A stretch of 64,000 nt of DNA from Adineta vaga (Eukaryota > Animalia > Rotifera), in contig CP075495.1 of NCBI GenBank assembly GCA_021613535.1, forward strand, positions 1,984,001 through 2,048,000, written 5' to 3'. The translations under genes were made by a program, and so were the position numbers. Shown in pieces: positions 26,139 to 41,979 of this stretch. Below the pieces are notes generated by a model that had not been told where the DNA came from, ran no database searches, and worked only from the letters and a program-made list of their open reading frames with translations. Numbering within the stretch: position 1 is the first letter of the stretch; every line of letters starts with the position of its first letter.

Positions 26139-29100
26139 ATGAGTGATTCTGGTGCTGCATCAAGTAGTACAAATTCAACAAAATTAAATTCTTCCACATC
26201 AACAACAACAAAAAAACGGACTCTATCAGATGCTGGTCTTGATGAAACAACGGACGTTGAAAATCAAAATAATGGTAAACGTGTTGTTGTTTTCGAAGCA
26301 TTTAAATTATTCGATGTTCAATCAGCGGTAAACAATTTCATTGTTTGGTTTTTTTCTCAAAAAAAAAACGAAATTTTCTTTTTTAGGAAGAACTTGATGC
26401 TAAACTTTTACTTATTCAAAATAAGAAATTATCTGAATGTATTCAAAATTGTCGTAAAGCAGAAATCGAATGGAAAGCTAAAATAGATCAATTAGAAACA
26501 AATAAAGTGAGCGTTGATTGTAAATGGAGTATGATCGATCTCTATTGGACACAAGTAAATATTTGATAAAAAAAAGGCAATAACTTGTTTGGATATATTT
26601 TAGCTTGATGAAGATATTCGTCGTTTATTAGAACGATTCGATGCAACAACATCTACAGATGGAAATAATGATGGAAGTAATACAAATACAAATACAATAA
26701 TCAATGATGAACGTCAAGGAGAAGAAATTCATTCTTATATTCGACAATTGAATACTTGGTTACGAGAAGATCTTGATGGACATTTAAAACAACGTTTAGA
26801 TTTTTCAACAAAAGCTATTGTAAAACTTGTACGAGTTTTTGATAAGTTAGTTTCTTTTTTTCAAAATTCTATTTATCAATGATTAACTTTCTGCTTTTTT
26901 GTTTATTATTCAGTCTATCTGATAAATATCAACGGTTATTTACTTCAATTAATTCTCCCGGTGAATCAAATTCAAGTTTAGGTAAAGAATTTTCTTATCG
27001 TTGACATTAAAAATGATTTTAATTGATTTAGAATGTAAACCTGAAGTATATAAAGCTATTCTTGAACGAAATACAAATCTTGAACATGAAAACGATCGTA
27101 TTCAACGTCTAAATACGACATTACAAAGTCGTATACATGAAATAACACTTCGAGTAAATTTCTTATTTAAATCATCAATCAATTGAAGAAATCTTCTCTC
27201 TATTTAGTGTTCAGATTTAAATAATCAAGTTGTTCTTCAAGATGAACAATTACTTGAAAGCAAAAGTCATTTATCTGATCTTGAATATGAATTAGAAAAA
27301 TCACGTAGTAAAGAAACGAAATTAGAACGTTCATTAGCAGATGTAATCGCTAAACTTGAACGTGATCGATTAAAATTTCAAATGAACGATACAAAACAAG
27401 ATCCAGATTCTAATATTGATACTGCAAATAGTAATACGGTTGTTATTGCAGAAAATAAAGTAAATTAATTTGATATGTATATTGAAAATTGTTCGTTCTA
27501 TTTGTTTTAGTATGCAGATTTACAAGCAGAAATTGAAGAATATAAAGAATTAGCAGCTGGTCGTTTAGTTGAATTGGAAAAATTAATGAGTGATCATGAA
27601 ACAACTAAACGAGAAGTTGAAGTCTTAAAAAATAAAGTAAGAATGAAAGATTTTTATATTGATTATGATGAAAAACTATTTGCTTTTCATTGATTTTAAG
27701 CTTCGATCATTACCTGAAGAATTAATTAATGAAACACCTGAATTTAAGTGTCTTCAATCACGTTATACAGCTTTAGTTAATGAAAGTGTTCATCTTCGAC
27801 ATCAATTAACTGAAGCTCGAGAACTTGTGAAATGTACAAAGACAATTTATGATCATCATTTCGAAAAAATCGAAGTAAATTTATTTTTTCAAATCGATTT
27901 CTTTGTTCATTGTCTTCTAATTTTAGCAAGAAGAATTTGAAAATCAACGAAAATTACATGCAAATATTGAACAAGTTGTAGCTGATTTAGCTGAAGCTCG
28001 TCGTGACTATGAACTTTTACAAGTTGAATATGAAAAAGTTCTTATTGCTAATCAACAATCAGGTTAGTTTTATGAAATAAGACAAAACAAAACATTCGTA
28101 TTCATTGCTTCTTTCAGTACCTATAACACGTGAAATGCGAAGTTTAATCAGTCATTTACAAGCTCAATGTAAATTATATAATCTTGAAGCAAGTCGTTGC
28201 AAAAAACAATGCAAAGAATTAGAAGATGAATTAACTAAACTTAAAGTTAAACAAGAAACAATTACAACCAATGGACTTACTCCACAGATAAGTATGACTA
28301 CTACAACATCTGAACCAAATTCAGCTGGATCAATAATAACAACAAATCAACCACCATCACCAATTATCAAAGAAGAAATGGCAAATCCATTTGCTTTACC
28401 ATCATCAACTATGATTAAAAATGAAACAACGATTAAAGAAGAATTAATCGAAGGTGTACGTATTTGAATTTCATTGTATGATGATAAGTTGAATTATGAG
28501 AACATTTTGTTGTTGATTTAGAATGATGATAGTCGTCTGGGCGAAAATTCTTTATTAGATTTTGGTGATATAACTGAACATGAATTAGATGATCCTTCAC
28601 GTCTTTCATCAACTTCTATAACAACCGAAGATAAAGATGCTGAATTACGTAATCTTAAAAATGAAAATAAAAAACTTTCAGATATGGTTAAAGAATATAA
28701 AATTCTATTAACAATGTATAGGTAAATATTCAATATCTTTGATATTTATATGAGAAATTCATTGTAGAAGTGCACCGAAAGAAACACGTGATAAAGCGAA
28801 TTTAATGACATCGGAAAAGAAATTACGACAAGAACTTGATGAAATTCGAAATGAATTAAAGAAAACTCAAACATATGCGAAAACATTACGAAAAAAATGT
28901 AGTGAAGATGAAGTAAATGAATATTTTCAAATTGATTTATCATATTCTGATCCGTTTTGTTTTTGTTTTCTTTGTTTTTAAGAATCAAAATAAGATGCGT
29001 TCATTTCAAGATACAATTCGTGATCTTGAAAAGAATCTCGAAACACGTAAACAAGAAGAAGCAGCTTTACTCAATGAAATCGAAGTTACAGGTCAAGCTT

Positions 29101-29922
29101 TCGAAGATATGCAAGAACAAAATAGTCGTCTATTATCTCAATTACGTGAAAAAGATGATGCACATATTAAACTTATGGTTGAACGTGTAAAATTACAACA
29201 ATCACAAAAAGTTATGTCCGATGAAAAAGCTCTTCTTCTTCAACAAACAAATGTTCTACAAGAACAACTTGAAGCACAAGTAAAATTCAATTGAATTATT
29301 TTCTTATTTCATTATAAAACATTTGTTTTTCTAGGTGATTATGAATCAGAAATATGAAGAAACAATTTCTTTACTTCGTAATAGTGTCTTAGTTCTTGAA
29401 AAAGAATTAAGTACAATGCATCAAACATTAGATGCTCATAAACGCAAAACAATTGAAAGTGCACAGACATCAGCTGATTTAAAATTACATCTAGATCGTT
29501 ATCATGCACAATTGAAAGAAGTTCAACAATTAGTTGCAGAAAAATCTGAAACACTTGAAAGACAAAATTTCAAAAATCGACGGTAAATGAAATGAAATGA
29601 AATATAATCATTTGATTGTTCTTTTGTTTGTCTTAGATTACAAGAAGATGTCAAGAATTTGAATCGTAAATTAGATCGATTACGTAAATTAGAAATGGCA
29701 TCGAATAAAGATGAAGTTTTATTAGAAGAAATACGTGAATATAAAGAAATTCTTCGTTGTCCAGCATGTAAAAATAAACAACGTGATGCCATTCTTTCCA
29801 AATGCTTTCATGTGTTCTGTTATGACTGTCTTAAATCACGATATGATTCACGGCAACGGAAATGTCCCAAATGTAATACAGCATTTGGACAATCGGACAT
29901 GCATAAAATTTGGTTGGTCTAA
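26139..29922 (+). CDS. BRE1: E3 ubiquitin ligase BRE1 (RNF20/RNF40)
   Basis: Long coiled coil, EEAALLNEIEVTGQAFEDMQEQNSRLL, and C-terminal RING CPAC...CFHVFCYDC...RQRKCPKC. Confidence 0.95.
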
Positions 29923-30476
29923 CTGTATAGTTTCTTTTTTTTAATTTCCTTCGATTGAACAGATGCCAATGATGATGATGAGATAATCTTCGATCGAGAA
30001 CTAACTGTTGTTCATTTTCTTCTGTTGTTTTCTTTTCTTCTTTTCGTTGTTTCATTGTTTGTCTCTGTGGAACATATAAATCAAACATATTCAATAAACG
30101 TGCAACGGAAAGAATTACATCAGTAACTATAAAATTATTCGATAAACAAATATAATCATCATTCACAAATTAGTCCTATGAAAAATTGAATAAATTTATA
30201 TCTATTTGCTAAAAATAAGATCTTGTAGTCAGATGAGAGTGTTTCTTTTATATTTAAAACGTACACGACCAACTCCAGTTTATTGTTTTTGTCTCATATA
30301 AAGATAAAATATGAAAATGCACGGTATGTTTATATGAATTACATAGAGAGAATATGTTGACAAACTAAAAACGTGCTAGAAAGAATGGTGACAAGTTCTT
30401 ATATATGATTGACTAGACAACATTTTACATAACATGAAAAATAAATATATTTTGTTTGAATGGAATATAGATTTCT

Positions 30477-32079
<1,603 letters not shown>

Positions 32080-32860
32080 GATCTAATGAACAAAATGAAT
32101 CTAAAAGACAAATGAAAACGTTTCGTACTTGTGCAGTAGACAATCGATTGCTAGCCTTTTTCGATATGTGATATGTTATAATTTCTAGGGATAACGATTG
32201 AAACAATAGAAAAGTATTCAACCATGAAGGACATAGATAAACATCGATTAGCAATGTATAGAAAGGTAAACAAACTTATACAGTAATACCTACTATAAGA
32301 AAAAGTTTCTTTCATTACGATTTCATAGAAACATACGAACTATACAGGTAACAATTCATCATTAATGATAACATTTGACAGGTCGATTCTACGTACTTTT
32401 GAATAAGCTATAAAACAAATCTTTCTTTCAGATACGATATTTATATGCATAAGAGTAAATGAACTGAGCCACATCTGTTATCATCGAACATAAGATCATA
32501 GGACCATCTGTGATAAACCAATGAAATCGATGGCATGTTCGTTGAAATTTCTTATCTTAGTCATATGTTACATTCAAATGTATGTCTTTCTTTTTCATCG
32601 ATAAAACTCTTGTCTTTGAAATATCTGAAAAGCAAATTAGAATATGATCATACCAATAACAATATATACCGATAGCCGGATTTAATGTCTATTCGAAATA
32701 ACAAGAAGAGAATAAAGAAAAACAAAAGAAAATAATTTGAGTAATAACAATAATAGTAATAATATTCACTGTAAGATAGAAAATATCAACGGAATGACTA
32801 TGAGATGATGAATGAAAGGAAAAGATCAAAAAGCAAAGATATTGTTCGATTTCAATTGAA

Positions 32861-33350
32861 TTATTTACGAACAAATAAAGTATCATCTTCGATTTCTTCG
32901 TCGTCATCATTGCCATCGAAAAGTGGCGCTTCGAGTGCTGTTGGATCTGTTATCAATGTATATCTTTTTGGTTGACGTTTTTTACGTAAACTGAAAATGA
33001 AGAATATAATTCTAATCTTTCGTACAAATCAGTTCGACTTACAGAAATGCTTTTAATCCAATATACATTAAAATAACAGCAGTGATACCAGCAATGACAA
33101 TCGTACCACGTATAATTGTTCCACGATCCATTTGCGCGAATGTATCATGTATCATATCTTTACTTTGATCGATTTTAAGTTTGATCGATGTTGCTTTTGT
33201 CGTCATACTTTCATGATGTGTCATATTAGTTGTAGTAATAGCAAGCGATTTAGTCGTTGTCTCTGCTGGGAGTGCTCGAAGAGCATGTGTCAATGTTTGA
33301 TGAAAGAAAATCGTCAAAATACATGATAAATAAAAGCTATCAATATGCAT
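32861..33350 (-). CDS. FAM174-like single-pass membrane protein
   Basis: Signal peptide, Thr-rich stalk and TM helix, then RKKRQPKRYTLI...DDDEEIEDDTLF in exon 2. Confidence 0.75.
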
Positions 33351-34047
33351 TTTTAACGATTAAACGAGGGACTAAAAATAAAGAAAAAGTATTACGAGAA
33401 ACAGACAATTAACGAACGAATGATTAGTTTAATAGAATAGATAAACATATGCAATACAAAATCTGTTTGGCGAAGAATTGAAACAGATAGTAGCGCTAAT
33501 GTATGACAAGGACATAAAATCAGACAGACAGACCGACAAATATAAGTGTGACTAATATCAAATTTCATCGAAAGAGGCCACTATCTTTCATGACAAGCAG
33601 TTCACTGATAGATCGATTCAATATGTATATGCAATAGACTAGACTATAGGTTTCAGTTATTTTCTTAGCAAAAAATGAACGGATATTTGTATTTGAATTA
33701 TTTCGTAAATAATGCAAATCGATCTTGCAAACAATGATTTTCATATAAACATGAGGACTATGCATATATTTATTATGAATAAAAGAAAAGATCGTATATA
33801 ATGACAGATTGCATCTATTTTCTCTCTCTTTTTTTTGTCATCATTATCAACGAAAATGTAACAAGAAAAAGAAAAAAAAGCGAAGCCCATTTATCGTTGA
33901 CGTTCAATAGAATGTTTTAAAAACAGATCAAATGCTTGATACTTTCACATAAGCGATAAATTAACGAGTACAAATAGAAGAAAATCAGCCGGTTGAGAGA
34001 AAAAAAATGAGTGAGAGAGGGAGAGAAATCCAAAATCACAACCATTC

Positions 34048-35347
34048 TCATTCGACACCCGCTAGTCCATCACCTAATAAAGAAAATGAAAATCTATGAT
34101 ATTTCAATCTTTCTTTTATTCTTTACCAATTGCATTAGCACCACGTCGAAAATTCTTCTTAACTTCAGGTCGAGCTAATTGTAAACGTTTTAAAAATTCA
34201 TTCGTTTTATGACGCATATGTGCATGTAAATAAGCCTATAAAATTCAATAGAAATCTTTGTCAAAAACGAAAAAGAAAAATCTATATATCGATGAAAACA
34301 TACTTTACAACATTTAATATGATAATGAAAATAATTACGAAGTGTATGAATGAGATTAATTGTATTATCACGTGCACCTTCTTTTGTATGACGTGGAAAA
34401 AGAACTATGAGAAGAAAAATGTACGATCATCATTTAAAAATCATTTGCTTCATACCAAATGTTAAATAACCAATATTATCGCCTGTTCGAGCATCATGCA
34501 TATCTTTTAATTCTTCCGGTGGTGTACGATAACTAACAATAACTTGCGGCGCTTGTTGAAATTGTCGTCGTCGTTCTTTGAATTCCTATGAAGAAGAACA
34601 CAGACCGTAATAATGAATGAGAAGTAAAAAGTTTCTTCATACTTCCATAAAAACTCGACCAATAATATTATCATCAGCATCTTTGAAAACTGTTGAAAAA
34701 ATAACAATAACACGATCTGCTGATGCATCAACATACATTGTTTCATCATCTCGATAATGTATAACTGCTCGTTTATGATTTCCAGCTGTTAATTCTTGTT
34801 TAGCTTGATATTCAAAATATTTTTCAAAAACAGCCGCAAAACAATTTCGTTTTAACATAGAAATTTTACGAACAAGTGGTAACCAAACGTCATTACTATC
34901 ACCTTTCGGTAATTGAGTATTAAAATCCAATGCTAATGTTACATTATAGCCTTCTAATGGTTTAACAAGTAAATCACCATATTCTCGACGGAGAACCTAT
35001 ATGATCAAAAACAAAAAAAAGCAATATCGAATAAAGAAAAGAAAAAAATATGATTAAAAACATACCTCATCTGTACCATGTTGTTCTAAATCACGATAGA
35101 ATTTTAATTTAATGCTAACAGTAAATGGTTTATCACGTGAACTTGTTATATGATAAAGAGCACCATCAAAATCTGAAAATAATTCATATTTGTTTTTTTT
35201 ATAAAATATGAATCTCTTTTATAATTGATATTACTTACCAACAACATCAGTTTTAAGTTCAACTAGTTTTTCTTTACGTAAAAATGCTTCTATTTGAAGT
35301 GTTAATAATTCTTCTATAATACGATTGTGTACTTCCAATAAAATCAT
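34048..35347 (-). CDS. ARPC2: Arp2/3 complex subunit 2 (p34-Arc)
   Basis: [60 protein letters not shown]. Confidence 0.96.
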
Positions 35348-35578
35348 CGTTTCTAACGAAAGAAATCTTCACACACAAGGAATTATTTCTGAACTAAAAG
35401 AAGAGAAGAAAAAAAAACAACAATACAAGAATACGTGATTCACTCTTTCAATCAAACAAACGTTCATGTTTTTTCTTTTTCGGACATTGTCGATAGAGGT
35501 CGTTCTTTATCAACAGGAAACTATATATGACTTGAATTATTGTATATAGTAACACAATAACGCGCGCATAATTTTATC

Positions 35579-36946
35579 ATGAATAATTGGGCAAAAGATG
35601 CACTTGATCATCTTTTATCAATGACAACTTTTTTCGAAAGTGAAGATGATCGTTTAACAATTAATATTTCAGGTACACATTATGAAATCAATGTTTCTGA
35701 TTTATCAAATTTTCCGGACACAATTCTTGGTGATCCACTAAAACGTATGCGTTATCTTGTACCTAATCAAATGGACTACTTCTTACCACGCCATGCAAGT
35801 TCATTTGAATCAATATTGTATTATTATATCAATGATGGAATTTTAATTAAATCAGAAACAATACCAGCAATGATTTTCTATGAAGAAATTCGTTTTTTTC
35901 AATTAAATGAGAATATAATTCAAAAGTTTTATAATGATTATCTATCGATTTATGAACAAAAACCTATGAAAATAAATTTAGGTTGGAAAAAAATCTTTTC
36001 TCCTTCATCAAATTTAATCAAAACATTCTCGGCTGTATTTAATGCTTTAGCAATCTATTCTCTATGTTTAGAAACAATGAGTATCTATCGAAATATTCAT
36101 CATACAATGTGGATAATAACATATCCATCAAAATCTTGGAATCAAACCGAAGGTTATAAATGTTCTGATATAAATCTACGTCCATATCAATTTCTACCTT
36201 CATTTCATTCCGAAAATACAACATTAGAAATGATTTGTATTGCATGGTGGTTATTAATTGATTTAGAATATAGATTCTAATCTAGATTTTCATTTAATTC
36301 AGGTTTTATTTTCAATTATTCATTCGAACATTATCAACTTCATCATTTCTTCAATTAATCAATGATCCAAATTTTGTATTAGATATTTTATGTATCTTAC
36401 CAACTATATTCAGTCAAATATTCTATCGAATTTATGAGAAAAAACAAAATCTATTGAAAATAAATGAAACACGAGTATTTGATTATTTAACTTGTTTGAA
36501 ATTATTTCGTTTATTTCGTTTAACTCATCATGCGAAATGTTTAGTTCGATTTCTTAAAGTTTTATATATCAATCTTAAAGATGTTCTTATGTTAACAATA
36601 TTAATTATATTTGGTATATTCTATTTTGGTTTAACACAATTCGTTCTCGAACAAATGTATCAAGAGAATGAAATGAAAAATATTGGTGAAGCATTATGGC
36701 ATGTAAATATCTCTTGAAATGTCGATTGAATTCTGTTGAATATATTTTTCTTAGGGATTTACAGTTATTATAACAATTGGATATTCAGATATAGCTGAAC
36801 ATCAATTTTTATCCTATATATTTGCAATTGTTGGCGTTTGGTATGGATCAATATCGATGGCAATTATTTTGCCAAGTGTTACTCAATCGTTTAATGTTTT
36901 ATATAATTTAAAAAATCGTCGATATATGATTAAATATAAAACTGAT
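35579..36946 (+). CDS. Divergent voltage-gated K+ channel-like subunit (T1 domain + 6TM) with GYSD filter
   Basis: T1: INISGTHYE...FPDTILGDP...SFESILYYY...EEIRFF. S4-like LKLFRLFRL. Pore ALWHGFTVIITIGYSD. Three exons. Confidence 0.88.
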
Positions 36947-36984
36947 TAAGAAACAGAATTTATTTCGAATTTTATACAGAAGAT

Positions 36985-39900
36985 TTAAGAAAGTTCAAAA
37001 CCGGCATTAGATTTAATCGCATATCGTAATTTATCCAAAAGAATTCGACGAGTTTTATAATTGGGTAATCTGTACAAGAAAAAGAAGATTAATGTTACGT
37101 ATGAGACAAAGAAAGAAGATTACTTTAGTAAATTAAAACATGTAGAACTTGATGGAAGTCGTTCTGATGAAGTACGATTTATACTAATCATATTGCGAAA
37201 AATTCGTCCTAATGTATCACCTTCTTCCTAAAGAATAAACGAATGTTTTTATTTTATTTTAATCAAACAAATTCTTTTACTTCATGTTCAGAACTTTCTA
37301 AACAACGAATAGTAAAAGGTGGACTTAGTGAATGAAATCCAAGTAATGGTGCACGACTTGAACTTGTAATAAACTATAATAAAATAGATCGAAATTGAGA
37401 ATACCAAATATATATATATACATACTCGAAGAAAAAGTGCTCGTTCTTCTCGAGAAAAATCTTGTTCAAGGATTTGCCAAAGCCATTTGATAACTGTATG
37501 TGTTCGATGATATCCACCTTGATAAACAACATTCGATCTAATGTAATAAAACAAATATTCCTAAAAATTTCATATATATTTCTTTAATAACTAACTTTAA
37601 ATCTTCTAAATCAATATCGGATGATTCTCCAGATATTAATTGTTGTAATTCCGGAACAGAAAACATATTTATCCATTCAGGTTTCATTAATGCTTTAAAA
37701 CCTTCAGTAAATGCTTTGATTTGATTTTTAATACGTGTATACGTTCGATAATTCGACATACGATGTATATAAACAATCCTAAAGTACGATTTGTCTTCCA
37801 CAAGAAGAGAGAGAGAGAGAAAAAAACAAGGTTCAAACATACTTATCATCATTTGTAACACTAATATGTCTTCCACATGGAATAATATCATAAGTTATCA
37901 TTTCACCGAGAACATCTTCATCAATGGAATACGTTAAAGCTAATGTAGATACATCACCATCATAATGCTTTTGAAAAGAAAGAAAATTTTCTCAAGAAAA
38001 CTAAATCAAAAAACTTAATGAAATTTACTTTAACAAAATTTAGATTATTGTAAAGATCTCGATCAAGAAACATTAGATCATCAAAACAAGAATAATTAAG
38101 ATTTTTTCGTGATATTAAATGTCGTAAAAAGAATGGAGCTAATTCAATGTCTAAAACAATCTGTTCATAAACAGCTTTGCCTAAGATTTTGCCAATAAAA
38201 TTAAAAAGATACAAATAATTTTCTGTACGATCAGATATAGGTGAAGGATATAATGTACGATTTTCTGTTACCTTAAATAAAGAAAAACATAACCATAACA
38301 CACGATCTTATTCATAATAAAGAACATGTTGCATACTCGAAAGAGATTAAATGCTGGATCAAATGATTGTCGTGTAATTTCTTGAATAAATTCTTTAAAT
38401 ATACCATTTTGATCAATACCAGCTTCGGCAAGACCTTGCGGATTGATAAAACTAATTCGAATAGTATTTTTCCATGTTATTGGTGTTGCATTTTGTAACG
38501 AACGAAAAGCATCCTAAATAAACCGAATAGTTTTATGTTTTCGAGAAAGAATAATCATTGTTACAACTTTGACTTACACCGAATAGATTTGTTCGATGAA
38601 TTTCATAGTAATTCTTCGTATGGTATCGTGATGTTGAATATTCATTACATTCTTTTTCTTTATCACGTTCAATAAACATTTGAAGAATTTTTACACGCTA
38701 AATAAATCGACTATGATGAATGTTAAGAAATCAAGATGAAATACGTACATCATTGAATGTTAGAATGTGTGGAATCTGTTCGAGAAGATAAAATGCACAT
38801 GAATCGTTATGTTCAAGATCAGCCATAAATGATGATGATGATTTCACATCACTAGTCAAATAAAAGAATATTATTAAAGAAAACTCTTTTTAGTATACTC
38901 AAAAAGTGAGTCCACTACTATAATCTGTCTATATATCTGTCCGTTTTCACAACTACATTCGATTGAGCTGAAACTTTGTGCGCATAATTGTCTCATCAAT
39001 ATCTCGGTCGAGTTCGAAAAACTTTCTTTTTGTTCAAAATTATTTAAAACATATACGAATCGACTCAGTTTTTAATACTGATTCCAAATCCGATCTCCAT
39101 AGCTATTGATGATCTATTATGAAAATGCTGATATGTGTATCTATCATAGACCTTTTATAGATTCATGAGATTGCATATGATCATTATTCCGATAGATTCA
39201 AACACAAAAATTAGTCATCAGAAATCTTGCTTATCGAAAACTGTCTCGTGGTAATTTTGATGCATAGATATTCTAGCACATAACTCTCGGATAGAATCGG
39301 AAGTTTCTGCATTTATTTTCTGCTAGTCTTACCGAATTAACCAATGTAAATCAGGTGTAAAAGCTTTTCTCGAATTTCTTTCATGTAATAGAATTAAGAG
39401 TTGATGTAATGTTTTATATAATTGATTATTTTCTAATTTTAATTTTGGTGATGTTGTCGTTGTTCGTACGTATTCAATTCGTATCATTCGATATACAAAT
39501 TGATTTAAAAATAAACTCAATTGTGACCAAGATTCAAGATCTAAATATTTCTGTTCTTTATACATTTCTTCTTCATCCAAAATTCTACAATTAAAAAAAA
39601 GAAGAAGGAAATCATCGCTACAAATCAACGAATTACTTACGTTGCAAGATATGAACAAAGATTACAAAATAATTGAAGTAGATCAAAGATTGGATGATAT
39701 TCATCTTTATTCATTTCATAAATTTTTGATAATTCTTTCAATCCACATGTTTGACCAATATTATTCAAGAATTGCCATAAACTAGTGATTAAACTATCTT
39801 GTAATGAAAGAGCTGAAAGAAAAAGATGATCACAATACGAATTAGAACAAAAAAGACAATAACATATTTTTACCACAAAGTATCTGTAATCTTAATTCAA

Positions 39901-41979
39901 TTAATATTTGAATTAATTTTTGATAAAATGTCGCTATACGACAAATTGATTGAGTTAAATCATCTGTAATAAATTTTTCTACCGTTGTTTTTGAATGAAA
40001 TAATTTTTCAAATTTTGCACGAATGATATCTGTAAATATACAATTAATTCAATCAGAGTTTTCAATAATCAAATTATTAAATTACTCGTTTCTTTTTTTA
40101 CTATTAATGTTTGTGAATTCGATGGTGCTGTTGGAATCGATTCGAATAACATCGTAACAAATGATTTTGACCAAAGATATTTATATTGAATAATAACACG
40201 TTGAACAATTTCTTGATGAGAACTGAAATAGAAATATTTTACATATGCAAATGAGAAAATTGAATTTTTCAAAAAGAAAACAAACACGGTCATGGCATTT
40301 GTTTTTCCACGAACATGACCAATGATTGGATGCCAAATACTCGTAGATTTTGATTGTTTATTACTTTGTTCATCTGTTGTTTGTCGTTGTCGACATAAAT
40401 CTAATAGATTGAATAGACTATCAACAAATGGTTGTTTCATTGCTTCAATTTGACTCGAATCAATACTCGCAAGAGCAACAAGATTTCCTATTCATGAAAA
40501 GAGAATTCCATTTGAAATGTTAAAGAAACAAAACTTTACCTAATACATAACATAATTCGATTATATCGATAGTTTCATATGTATTAATAAACGATTCTTT
40601 AACACTATATATACAAATAAGATGATTGAATAAATCTTTTTGACAAACTAATTGAAATGTCTATCAAATAGGAATGATAGAGAAAAGAAAGTTTTGCTTT
40701 TTGTTTTTCGAATTAACTTTACTTTATGTGAAGTTTCATGACAGATACTAATAAAAGTTGGAATAGTAAGAATTGTTTGAGAAAATAAAATAAGATATGT
40801 TCGATTGAAATCACTGTTTAGTAAAAGTCTATAAAAGAAATTGAAATAAAAAAACTAATAAAGACAAAACATGAGAATGACTTGAAAACTAATGTTGCAA
40901 TATTGTTTATAATCGATGATTCCAAACGTCGTTGCATAGAACGAATGGTAGCAATCTTATGAAAGGAAATTATTTGATAAATATGTATAAATTTATGAGA
41001 AATTACTTTGAGAGATTTTAGAAGATTGTGTTGACCAAGATGAATTAAATAACTACGTTCAACTGCAAGCAATGCTTTTCGAAGAGATTCATCTAAAAAT
41101 ATCAATAGATAATGAACCATCGAAATTACAAATTAAAATGTTCTTCTCATAGATAAAATAAAAACGTACTCATATTTTTTTGTAATGCTTTCCAATTTTG
41201 ATGATCAGTAATTAAATAAATATAATTTAATGAATTCATGAATAATTTAATATCAACAGTTGTTGTTAATTCGATTGTTTCAAGCATTTTAAGTGCTATT
41301 ATCAATAAATCTTGATTTAATTTCATCCATTGTCCATTGATTTCTTTATCGAATAGAGCAGCCATATGACTGAACTAAAAAAAGTAATAAAAATCGTTCG
41401 ATTGAATTCTTTTTTCCCTATGAATACACATACTTTGATATCATCAGCAATTAAACTTGTTGAAATGTAATTCAACACACCTAATAACATCTACATATAG
41501 ACAAGATTAAATAAGAAGTTGTTTTTTTCTTATCGAAAAAGAAAAATACTTGTTGTAAATCAGATGAATTATTCTTCACTTTCATTCGATTGTAATACAT
41601 AAGAAAATGTTGTAGATGTATAAACATATTCGATGCTATAGAAGAGAATTCAATATTACTATGAATTTGATAGAAATATATTACCTGGTTGTAATGAAGG
41701 ATAATTTTGTGGATTTGTATCAGTAAAAGCAAGAAAAATTCCATTAAGTTCATTTCTAAAATATGATTAAATAAGTTACAAAGAACTAAGATATGATAAG
41801 ACTTCATACTTTCTATAATTTCGATATTTTTTTCTTACTAAGTAACCTCGTACCATCTTTTGAATAATAATAATTGATTGTTGCATTTGTTTCTCACGTC
41901 GTCGTGCTTCACGAGCTTCATCCAAATTGTGTAAGAAATCATTTTTATTTACGTATGTTTGTGACTTTTTTGGAAACAT
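36985..41979 (-). CDS. UBE3B: HECT E3 ubiquitin ligase with N-terminal IQ motif (UBE3B-like)
   Basis: [51 protein letters not shown]...GFELS*. Confidence 0.92.
38887..39330. mobile_element. Probable non-autonomous Helentron/DINE-like insert in a UBE3B intron
   Basis: The intron is ~480 bp versus ~55 bp for its neighbours. Features: T-run start, short hairpin (AGTATACTC..GAGTCCACT), CTGTCT/CTGTCCGT-like tract, CGATTGAGCTGAAACTTTG and TATCTCGGTCGAGTTCGAA motifs, end CTAGT. Confidence 0.45.
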
